Part shown: piece after piece, positions 19,892 through 27,783 of the stretch
Layout: every line of letters begins with the position of its first letter
Position numbering within the stretch: the first letter of the stretch is position 1
DNA from: Sedimentisphaerales bacterium
Lineage (GTDB): Bacteria; Planctomycetota; Phycisphaerae; Sedimentisphaerales; SM23-30
Length of the DNA: 64,000 bases
Direction of reading: 5' to 3'
Assembly (NCBI GenBank): GCA_963663965.2
Contig: CAXXFK010000019.1
Location: 100,124-164,123, forward strand
Made by a program: the position numbers and the translations under genes
The notes under the pieces: generated by a model
Databases searched by the model: none
What the model saw: only the letters and a program-made list of their open reading frames with translations
What the model was told of the DNA's origin: nothing

Positions 19892-20128
19892 ATGGTTACT
19901 ATCGGTTTAACCTGATCGGGAAATTATTGATTTATGAATGGAAAACGACCGATGGAGAATTTATACCCATCGGGTATAGAAATTCTGATTACTCGTAATC
20001 CAAGTACTTGATTTTAAATGAGTTATTTTACGGCCAGGGAGCGTTTTTTTATGTTTAATGGTTTGATCCATTCATATTTGGATAACAGAATGGTTGGTCT
20101 AATGACAGGAGTGAATGTTTGTTAGGTG

Positions 20129-21454
20129 TTATCGGGATTTGGTTTGCCAGACTTCCTGTAAGACTTCGTACATATCGGGATCGAACTGGCGGAGTTCGGC
20201 GCGGACGAAGGGGTAGAAGTCGTTGGTGCCGAAGAAGGCTTCGGTGGATTCGGCGAAATATTCCATGTCGTTGTTCATGGCGTAGGCCTTTTTGGACTGG
20301 CCGGCGATATGCAGGACGTTGTCGTATTTGCCGTTGTCGCGCGCTTTGAGAAAGGCGGCGCGGATTCTGGGGTGGTTGTTACCGAGGAACTGATGATGGT
20401 AGGCGTGGGCCATTTCGTGCAGGATCATGGCGGGTTGCTGACGGGACCAGTTGAGAAAATTGCGGGCGTTGCCGATTTCGATGGAATCCTCTTTTTCGGG
20501 ATTGTAGTTGTGTTCGATAAGCCACTGGCGGCTGGGATGATGGCAGGCGCCGGGGCATTCGGGATTGTTGTACTCGATCCAGATTTTAACCGTTTTTAAT
20601 TGGGTAACGATCTGTGCCGGTATGGCCTGGGTGATGTGAAAGAGCTGGGAATGCGCCAGGGTTATCACATCCTGAGCCAGTTCGGGATGGTCATGCAGTA
20701 GTTCGTTATTGATCAGGATCGGGAAACCTTCGAGGGTCATGGGGGTGTAGTCGCTGGTTGGTGTGTAAGGGGGTTGCAGGGCTTTGGTGATCTGTTCGGC
20801 GACCTGTTGGGCAAGGAAACGGTAGCCTTCCCTGGTAAAATGGACATCGCCGTTGGGGAGCTGGTATTCGGCGAGTTGGGGGAAAGCCCGGGCGTAAAGA
20901 TCGTTAATGGGAATATCGTTTTCACGCATGACCCGGGCGGCGACTTGATTGTATTTGACGGCATCACCTTTGAATCGGCCGGCTTCATTGTCTGGAACGG
21001 GAGTGGTCGTGGCCCAGATGAGGCTGGCCTGGGTGGCTTTGAGGATTTTGACCAGCTGGCGCAGGTTCTGCTCGTATTGTTCGGGGGTGTGAGTTAATGT
21101 GCCGTTGATCTTGTCACGCTGGCCGGGATTTTTGGAGTCGGGATGGCGGTAGCACAGGTCCCAGAGGCCCCAGTTGAAATGGATGACATCCCAGTGGGTA
21201 TCGCTGAGCCATTTTTCGAGATTATCAAGTCCCATGCCGGTATGGCCGGCGTTGCCGGGATTGTGCTGGACGACGGCTTTGTCTTGCAGGATTTCTTTTA
21301 CGAATGGGGTATAGCCGATGGAGATGGAATCGCCGATGATGAGGACGTTGGGCAGGTTTTCAGTTAACGGTTGTTGGGCAAACAATATAGATTTCAACAG
21401 GAAAACCAATATAACAACCAGTGTCAGGAACGAAGACTTGTTACATAAGTGCAT
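20129..21454 (-). CDS. Secreted SGNH/GDSL hydrolase fused to a zincin-like metallopeptidase domain
   Basis: IGDSIS, FNWGLWD and DVHF (SGNH blocks); C-terminal HEMAH...EYFAESTEAFF. Confidence 0.85.
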   Translation of the reverse strand: MHLCNKSSFLTLVVILVFLLKSILFAQQPLTENLPNVLIIGDSISIGYTPFVKEILQDKAVVQHNPGNAGHTGMGLDNLEKWLSDTHWDVIHFNWGLWDLCYRHPDSKNPGQRDKINGTLTHTPEQYEQNLRQLVKILKATQASLIWATTTPVPDNEAGRFKGDAVKYNQVAARVMRENDIPINDLYARAFPQLAEYQLPNGDVHFTREGYRFLAQQVAEQITKALQPPYTPTSDYTPMTLEGFPILINNELLHDHPELAQDVITLAHSQLFHITQAIPAQIVTQLKTVKIWIEYNNPECPGACHHPSRQWLIEHNYNPEKEDSIEIGNARNFLNWSRQQPAMILHEMAHAYHHQFLGNNHPRIRAAFLKARDNGKYDNVLHIAGQSKKAYAMNNDMEYFAESTEAFFGTNDFYPFVRAELRQFDPDMYEVLQEVWQTKSR

Positions 21455-21481
21455 AGATTATAGTTCTTTATAATAAAGGCG

Positions 21482-21781
21482 TTAAAATTGACTGATTCTG
21501 ATATCGCCGCCCGGCATATGCGCGATCAATTCAAGCCGGCCACCCAGAGCCTGGATTAAGCGCCTCAAAGTACTGACTTGGATATCATCCTGTGATTCCA
21601 GTTTTGACAGGCTGGGTTGCCTGATTCCGATGGCTTCGGCGATGTCCTGCTGAGTAAATCCAGCCTGTTGGCGTATTTCCGCCAGGAGCATTTCGGCCAT
21701 TGCCTCTTTTGCTTTGGCAGTGGCGTTTGCCAGGCGTTCGGGTTTCATCTGTTTTTCGAGTAATTCAAAATTTTTAGCCAT
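21482..21781 (-). CDS. XRE HTH antitoxin (HigA-like)
   Basis: LAEIRQQAGFTQQDIAEAIGIRQPSLSKLE helix-turn-helix; directly downstream of the toxin, overlapping its stop. Confidence 0.9.
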   Translation of the reverse strand: MAKNFELLEKQMKPERLANATAKAKEAMAEMLLAEIRQQAGFTQQDIAEAIGIRQPSLSKLESQDDIQVSTLRRLIQALGGRLELIAHMPGGDIRISQF

Positions 21782-22137
21782 TATACCAATCCTTCATTTT
21801 CTAATTCTTTTAAATGGTTATCGTATAACTGGTCTGCAAGAGGTATCATTTTTTCGTAAAATCGGTTGTCTCCGGTTTTGTCACCTCCTATCAGCAAGAT
21901 CGCACAACGTCTTGGATCAAATGCATATAAAGTTCTTAATGGCAGGCCACTACTTTGCGTTCGTAATTCTCTCATATTTTTATGTTTAGATCCTTTCAGA
22001 GTGTCAGCATGGGGCCGGGGTAATGAGGGCCCCAGATTTCGTAATAATTGAACACTCATCGCGATGTCTTCCTGCTGATCTTCTGATAAAGTATGCCACC
22101 ACACTCCAAATTCATCGGTATATTCCACTGTCCACAT
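21781..22137 (-). CDS. RelE/HigB-like toxin (phage Gp49-like)
   Basis: GPSLPRPHADTLKGSKHKNMRELR and AFDPRRCAILLIGGDKTG; toxin-first gene order. Confidence 0.9.
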   Translation of the reverse strand: MWTVEYTDEFGVWWHTLSEDQQEDIAMSVQLLRNLGPSLPRPHADTLKGSKHKNMRELRTQSSGLPLRTLYAFDPRRCAILLIGGDKTGDNRFYEKMIPLADQLYDNHLKELENEGLV

Positions 22138-22143
22138 GATGAA

Positions 22144-22172
22144 ATTATAGCTTATAGTCTATATTTGTGCAA
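22144..22172 (-). promoter_or_regulatory. HigBA promoter with an overlapping operator-like palindrome
   Basis: Minus-strand TTGCAC-N17-TATAAT; palindrome TATAG-N8-CTATA at 22146-22163. Confidence 0.7.
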
Positions 22173-22422
22173 GGTAAATCCTTAAACATACAATCAGGTC
22201 TCAACTTGTAAGTTTTTAAAAATTTGCTTTAAAGGTAAAATCAGTAATATGTTATATTTTAATGGTTTATGGTATCTTACGGCCGATGATAAGTACAGGC
22301 AGAATGATCGTATAGCCCATACTGAAAGAGTTGCATTAGGGAGTCTTTGGATTCGTTAGTATAATAATAATGCCCCAGTGTTATTCTGGTTATCCGAAGC
22401 TAAGTTTTGGAGAGGACCGGCA

Positions 22423-24012
22423 ATGGATAAATTATGTAAGACTTTAAATATCAGCTTGTTATGTTTTCTGATCGGGCTGTTGGGTTTGAATGTCCACCTG
22501 GATGGGGCGGAGAAGGACTGGTTTATCTATCTGGGCGATAAGAAGCCGCCGAAGGCGCCGCAGAAGAGTATGAGCAGTGCTGAGGCGCTGCCGCCGTTGC
22601 CGCTGCCGGCGGTGCCGTTGCGGCGGACGGAGCGGAAGAAGCCGCCGCAGCCGGATTATCTGATAGGCAAGGTGATCTGGGGTGAGGCGGGCACGTTTGT
22701 GGACAGCAATCAGCATACGATGGAGATTGCGGATTGGAATTTGTGTCCGACGGATGTGCAGAAATTGCTGGAGCAGACCCGGCAGATCGAGCTGTTTTAT
22801 CACTGGAGTAATATCAACCTGAGCGGATTTCATTACGATCCGAAACAGTTACCGGCGCTGCTGTTCAGCGGGGTGCGGACGTTGCGGCTGGATGATCAAA
22901 CGATCGGATCGCTAAGGAATTATGTATTGGATGGGGGGATGATCGTGTGCGATTCGATTGCCGGGTCGCCGTGGTTTTATGAATCGTGCCGGGAGGTATT
23001 CAATAAGATGTTTCCGGAGAGCCGGGTGCGGATTTTGCCGCTGGATCATCCATTGTATCATATTATCGCGGATATCGGGCAGGTGACCTATCCGCGCGGG
23101 CGGGAGATTGCCGATAGGGAGGGGAACGGGCGTTTTACGGGTGTGAAAGAGGTGGGAGCGCCGTTACTGGAGGGGGTATACGTGGGATCGCGGGTAGGGG
23201 TGTTGATCAGCAAGTATGGGCTGGGCTGCGGGTGGAACCAGAATATGGAGAATGTGCAGACATTGAAGCAGGCGGTGTATTTCGATATTGACAGCGCAAC
23301 CCGGCTGGGATTGAATCTGGCGGCTTATATGGTGGGTTACGCGGAGGCCGGGGTGTTGGAAGGACGGGCGGAGGTGTTTGGCCTGGCGGATCAACGTCCG
23401 CCGACGGATGAGTTTGTATTCGCGCAGATCAAGCATGGCGGGGGGTGGAATGTGCATCCGAACAGCGCCGGGGCGTTACTGATGAAGCTGCGGCGGTTGA
23501 CGTCGGTGCGGGTGAATCTGAAGCGGACGGCGATTACGCTGGGAAAGGATGATCTGGCGGATTACCCGTTTTTGTACCTGACGGGGCTGGATGATTTTGT
23601 TTTGAGTCAGGCTGAGGTGGAGGCGTTACAGCGATTTTTAGGGCAAGGCGGATTTCTATTAATCAATAACGGGCTGGGATTATCGACCTTCGATCAGGCG
23701 GTTCGGCGCGAGATGGCGCGGGTAATGGGCGGGGCGCAGTTTGAGCCGTTGCCGGAACGGCATGAACTGTACGGCAGTCTGTTTGAGATCAAAGAGGTGC
23801 AGTACAGTCCGGTCTTGCGCAAGGCGATGCCGGATATGAAGACGCCGAAACTGCTGGGGGCGACGCTGGGCGGGGAGTTGAAGGTGTTGTACAGTCCTTA
23901 CGATCTGGAGGCGGGCTGGCTGGAGGTGTATTATCCGATGCTGCGCGGTTATGAGCCGTTGAGCGCGCAGCAACTGGGAATGAATATTGTGACTTATATT
24001 TTGACGCATTAA
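22423..24012 (+). CDS. Secreted tandem DUF4159-domain protein
   Basis: Signal peptide; two related halves (LRNYVLDGGMIV / LQRFLGQGGFLL; DHPLY / HELY; LGLNL / LGMNI). Confidence 0.75.
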   Translation: MDKLCKTLNISLLCFLIGLLGLNVHLDGAEKDWFIYLGDKKPPKAPQKSMSSAEALPPLPLPAVPLRRTERKKPPQPDYLIGKVIWGEAGTFVDSNQHTMEIADWNLCPTDVQKLLEQTRQIELFYHWSNINLSGFHYDPKQLPALLFSGVRTLRLDDQTIGSLRNYVLDGGMIVCDSIAGSPWFYESCREVFNKMFPESRVRILPLDHPLYHIIADIGQVTYPRGREIADREGNGRFTGVKEVGAPLLEGVYVGSRVGVLISKYGLGCGWNQNMENVQTLKQAVYFDIDSATRLGLNLAAYMVGYAEAGVLEGRAEVFGLADQRPPTDEFVFAQIKHGGGWNVHPNSAGALLMKLRRLTSVRVNLKRTAITLGKDDLADYPFLYLTGLDDFVLSQAEVEALQRFLGQGGFLLINNGLGLSTFDQAVRREMARVMGGAQFEPLPERHELYGSLFEIKEVQYSPVLRKAMPDMKTPKLLGATLGGELKVLYSPYDLEAGWLEVYYPMLRGYEPLSAQQLGMNIVTYILTH

Positions 24013-24071
24013 TCTGGTTTTGATTGATCTGTATCCATTGGGTACAGAAACATCTACTCGCTCGCAGGAAA

Positions 24072-24097
24072 AGAGACGCGAGGCTTCGCGTCTCTAC
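24072..24097 (-). repeat. GTAG-type REP-like palindrome
   Basis: The minus strand reads GTAGAGACGCGAAGCCTCGCGTCTCT: a GTAG foot and a 10-bp stem. Confidence 0.65.
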
Positions 24098-24176
24098 CCG
24101 TGTGACCAGTGGGCATTTAATTGTTAATGGTAATATTAAAGCCGAAACGAAAGAACGATTCAGTTTTGAGGTGTTT

Positions 24177-25424
24177 ATGCAGCAGTCTGTGACGATACGG
24201 TGTCCGCAGTGTTTGAAGACGTATGAATTGCCGAAGGTGTTTGAAGGGCAACCGGTGCGTTGTCAGTGCAGTCATGAGTTTCAGATATCGAATGAGACGG
24301 TGATTGCGGGTATGGCCAGTCCGCCGGTGATGATGGTGGGGAATCAGCCGGGAGCGGCAGCGGGAACACCAGCCCAAGGCCAGACGCCAGGGAGCGGGCA
24401 GGGGCCAGCGGGAGGGGCCAGTGCGGCCGGAGGAGTGACGGCCAATACAGCAGCGGCGGTGGAGACGCTGGGACGGGCGCGCGGGATGATACTGGAGGAA
24501 GTAGGGAAGGTGATCGTGGGTCAGAAGCAGGTGCTGGATGAGGTATTAACAGCGTTTTTCGCGCGGGGGCATTGTCTGCTGATGGGCGTGCCGGGCCTGG
24601 CCAAGACGCTGATGGTGCAATGTCTGGCACGGACGATGATGCTGGATTTCAAAAGGATTCAGTTTACCCCGGATCTGATGCCGACGGATATTACCGGGAC
24701 GAATATTCTGGAAGAAGATCCCCAGACCCGGCAACGTCATTTTGTCTTTCACAAGGGGCCGATTTTCACCAATGTACTGCTGGCGGATGAGATTAACCGA
24801 ACGCCGCCCAAGACGCAGGCGGCGCTGCTGGAGGCGATGCAGGAACAGAAAGTAACCGCGTCCGGGACGACCTATTCGCTGCCGAATCCATTTCTGGCGC
24901 TGGCGACCCAGAACCCGCTGGAACAGGAGGGGACTTATCCGCTGCCGGAGGCGCAACTGGACCGGTTTTTGTTTCTGGTTAAAGTTGATTATCCGGATGA
25001 ACGGGATGAACAGCAGATCTTATTGACGACGACGGGTACGGCGATGCAGGAGTTGCGGGCAGTGCTGGATGGCCCGTCCATTTTACGGTATCAGAACCTG
25101 GTACGTCAGGTGCCGGTGAGTGAGCATGTGGCGGGTTACGCGGCGCGGCTGACCCGGGCGACCCGGCCGAAATCGGCCGACGCGCCGGATTTTATCAATA
25201 AGTGGGTACGATACGGGTGCGGGCCGCGCGCCGGTCAGGCGCTGATTCTGGCGGCAAAGGCGCATGTGATTTTGAATGGGCGGTTTAATGTGTCGTGTGA
25301 AGATATCCGGCGGTACGCGTTGCCGGTGATGCGGCATCGGATGATTTTGAACTTCGCGGCGGTGAGTGAAGGGGTGGATACTGACGAGGTGATCCGGCGG
25401 TTGTTGGATCATGTGGGGGAGTAG
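24177..25424 (+). CDS. MoxR-family AAA+ ATPase with an N-terminal zinc-ribbon extension
   Basis: GVPGLAKT Walker A; RIQFTPDLMPTDITG; LADEINRTPPKTQAALLEAMQE; EGTYPLPEAQLDRF; N-terminal CPQC...CQC. Confidence 0.95.
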   Translation: MQQSVTIRCPQCLKTYELPKVFEGQPVRCQCSHEFQISNETVIAGMASPPVMMVGNQPGAAAGTPAQGQTPGSGQGPAGGASAAGGVTANTAAAVETLGRARGMILEEVGKVIVGQKQVLDEVLTAFFARGHCLLMGVPGLAKTLMVQCLARTMMLDFKRIQFTPDLMPTDITGTNILEEDPQTRQRHFVFHKGPIFTNVLLADEINRTPPKTQAALLEAMQEQKVTASGTTYSLPNPFLALATQNPLEQEGTYPLPEAQLDRFLFLVKVDYPDERDEQQILLTTTGTAMQELRAVLDGPSILRYQNLVRQVPVSEHVAGYAARLTRATRPKSADAPDFINKWVRYGCGPRAGQALILAAKAHVILNGRFNVSCEDIRRYALPVMRHRMILNFAAVSEGVDTDEVIRRLLDHVGE

Positions 25425-25442
25425 GGGAGTAAAAAAGTTTCA

Positions 25443-25466
25443 CACGAAGCCACGAAGCCACGAAGG
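25443..25466 (+). repeat. 8-bp tandem repeat (CACGAAGC x2 + CACGAAGG)
   Basis: Read directly from the sequence, 18 bp after the moxR stop. Confidence 0.75.
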
Positions 25467-25578
25467 GAAGAAAGGTTAAAAGTGGATATAGAGATCATAG
25501 GTAAAGAGATAGTCGATTCAGCAATGAAGATAGATCCCAAAAAAGGAAAATTCGTGTATTTGGAGGTTTAGTGTTGAT

Positions 25579-26031
25579 ATGGCCTGTTCTTATGTTAGTT
25601 GCTATATACATTATATTTTCAGTACAAAATACCATCGTTGCAGTATCACTCAAGATATTAAATCGAGGCTCTGGCAATATTTTGGTGGTATTGCCAAAGA
25701 GAATAAGATGACATTATTAGAAGCTAATGGCACTAATGATCATGTTCATTTATTGGTGATTTTACCAGCGACCCTTTCGATTGCCAAGGCGATTCAATAT
25801 CTAAAGGGTGGATCATCCAAATGGATACACGATCAATTTCCGCATTCGATGCAATTTTCGTGGCAGGAAGGTTATGGCGCTTTTTCTGTGAGTCGTTCCG
25901 GCGTTGATAGAACAATAGAATATATTCGAAATCAGGAAACTCATCATCGAACCATGACTTTTGAAGAGGAGTATGTCCGATTTCTTGATAAATATGGAGT
26001 TACCTATGAGATGCAGTATGTATTCGATTAA
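25579..26031 (+). mobile_element. tnpA: IS200/IS605-family Y1 (HUH) transposase TnpA, no TnpB; RAYT-like context
   Basis: HYIFSTK, DHVH (HUH), WQEGYGAFSVS and YIRNQ (catalytic Tyr); AT-rich relative to its neighbours. Confidence 0.92.
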
Positions 26032-26032
26032 T

Positions 26033-26289
26033 ACTTTCGTCCCTACGGGACTTACTCGTTCCAGGGGGGGCCATAAACCCGCAGTTAAAACTGCGGGCTA
26101 TTAACTTATGTCCCTAGCGGGACATTTTTGGGAATGTTCGGATTACCGAATACCCGCCGTTAAAACGGCGGGCTACGCACTTTCGTCCCTACGGGACTTA
26201 CTCGTTTCAAGGGGGGCCACCCGCAGTTAAAACTGCGGGCTATTAACTTATGTCCCTGACGGGACATTTTTTGGTCCGCCTGCGGCGGA
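26033..26289. repeat. Array of alternating palindromes (REP/BIME-like) downstream of tnpA
   Basis: Type A, GTCCC-N3/4-GGGAC, at 26039, 26110, 26185 and 26252. Type B, CCCGC(A/C)GTTAAAAC(T/G)GCGGG, at 26078, 26153 and 26220. A ~95-bp block is duplicated at 26033 and 26179. Confidence 0.9.
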
Positions 26290-26329
26290 GATCGATGATA
26301 TATGAATGTATTATAATTATGGAATCTGA

Positions 26330-27244
26330 ATGTTAACAAGTGATGGTTATAAATATTTGCGGGCGGAGGTGGCTGAGCGGCTGCGGGGGATGGAAGTCAA
26401 TGTGCGGCGGCCGATGGATGGGAGTTTGCAGGGTCTGCATCGTTCGCCGGTGTTTGGATCGTCGGTGGAGTTCGCGGAATATCGGGAATATCTGCCGGGC
26501 GATCCGATCAGCCGGATCGACTGGCCGGTGTACGCGCGGAGCGACCGGTATGTGATCCGGCAATATCATGAGGATATCAGTATCCGGTGTTATATTTTAC
26601 TGGATGTGTCGGAGAGTATGACGTATCGAGACAAGGGCGTGGGGGGGCTGTCGAAGCTGGAATATGCCTGTCATCTGGCGGCGGGAATGGCGTATCTGAT
26701 GGTGCATCAGGGTGACACAGTGGCGATGGTGACATTCGATAACCGGATCCGTGATTTTTATGAGCCGGCCGGGACGTTGATGGGATTGAAGCCGATGTTG
26801 ACGGGGTTGGAGGCGATCGAGGCGCGGCGTGAGGGCTCGATAGAGGCGGCTCTGCACGGCGCGGCGGATTTGATCACGGGCCGGGCGATGGTGGTACTGA
26901 TCTCGGACCTGCTGGAGGAGCCGGGCAGGATTATGCAGGGGATCGCGCATCTGTATCATGACGGCAAGGACATCACCGTATTTCATGTGCTGGATCCGGG
27001 CGAATTGCGGCTGCCGCAGGTGGATGAGCTGGGCAGTACGACGCTGGTGGATGTGCATGGAATGGAGCAGGAGGGGCGGTTGACGGTGGATCTGGCGCAG
27101 ATCCGGGAGAGCTATCTGGAGCAGGTGCATGGTTATCTGAACGAAATCCGGGCGGCCTGTTCGAATACGCATACGGAGTATGTTCTGGCGGAGACGGACC
27201 GGGAGGTGTATGAGGCGTTGCTGACGCGGAGCCGGATGGTGTGA
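26330..27244 (+). CDS. DUF58 (vWA-type) protein, MoxR partner
   Basis: GLHRSP.FGSSVEFAEYREY.PGD...IDW; DVSESM MIDAS; LISD. Confidence 0.93.
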   Translation: MLTSDGYKYLRAEVAERLRGMEVNVRRPMDGSLQGLHRSPVFGSSVEFAEYREYLPGDPISRIDWPVYARSDRYVIRQYHEDISIRCYILLDVSESMTYRDKGVGGLSKLEYACHLAAGMAYLMVHQGDTVAMVTFDNRIRDFYEPAGTLMGLKPMLTGLEAIEARREGSIEAALHGAADLITGRAMVVLISDLLEEPGRIMQGIAHLYHDGKDITVFHVLDPGELRLPQVDELGSTTLVDVHGMEQEGRLTVDLAQIRESYLEQVHGYLNEIRAACSNTHTEYVLAETDREVYEALLTRSRMV

Positions 27245-27247
27245 AAG

Positions 27248-27284
27248 AAAAAGTCAAAAAGTCAAAAAGGCTAGAAGGCAAAAA
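27248..27284 (+). repeat. Degenerate 8-bp tandem repeat (AAAAAGTC / AAAAAGGC)
   Basis: AAAAAGTC AAAAAGTC AAAAAGGC TAGAAGGC AAAAA immediately after the DUF58 stop. Confidence 0.65.
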
Positions 27285-27302
27285 TTTTTAAGGAAAGTTA
27301 TT

Positions 27303-27752
27303 ATGAAACAGTATGTTGAAAAAGCGGTGGAAAAATTTAAAAGCGGTTATAATTGCGCGCAGTCGGCGTTTTATCCATTTTGTGAGGCGGCAGGATTGGA
27401 TCTTGAGCCGGGGATGAAGCTGTCGTGCGGACTGGGCGGCGGTATGGGACGGACGCAGCAGGTATGCGGCGCGGTGACGGGCGGAATTCTGGCGCTGGGT
27501 CTTAAATATGGCCGGGGTATGAACGATACGCGGGCGGCAACGGAGGCGACTTATGAAAAGGTGCGGGAGTTGATCAGCCGGTTTGAGGCGAAACATGGCA
27601 CGTGTGTCTGTCGTGAGCTGCTGAAAGGCTGCGATATGCTAAGCGAAGAAGGTATGGCGCGTATCAAAGCGGAGGATATGCACAGTACGATCTGTGAGCC
27701 GTGTGTGGCAAGCGTAGTGGAGATTGTCGCGGATATGCTGGCAAGGACATAA
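27303..27752 (+). CDS. C_GCAxxG_C_C family putative redox protein
   Basis: YNCAQS, GGGMG...VCGAVTGG, CVCRELL and C-terminal C..CV. Confidence 0.9.
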   Translation: MKQYVEKAVEKFKSGYNCAQSAFYPFCEAAGLDLEPGMKLSCGLGGGMGRTQQVCGAVTGGILALGLKYGRGMNDTRAATEATYEKVRELISRFEAKHGTCVCRELLKGCDMLSEEGMARIKAEDMHSTICEPCVASVVEIVADMLART

Positions 27753-27783
27753 ACATCTTATTTTGGCAATCAACTAACGACTT

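Noticed and set aside
24024..24176. N-terminal extension of MoxR given in the ORF track
   Set aside because: It runs through the REP palindrome; the ATG at 24177 has a GAGG RBS and is the better start.
26033..26289. CRISPR array
   Set aside because: Two alternating palindrome types with duplicated rather than unique spacers, and no cas genes in the window.
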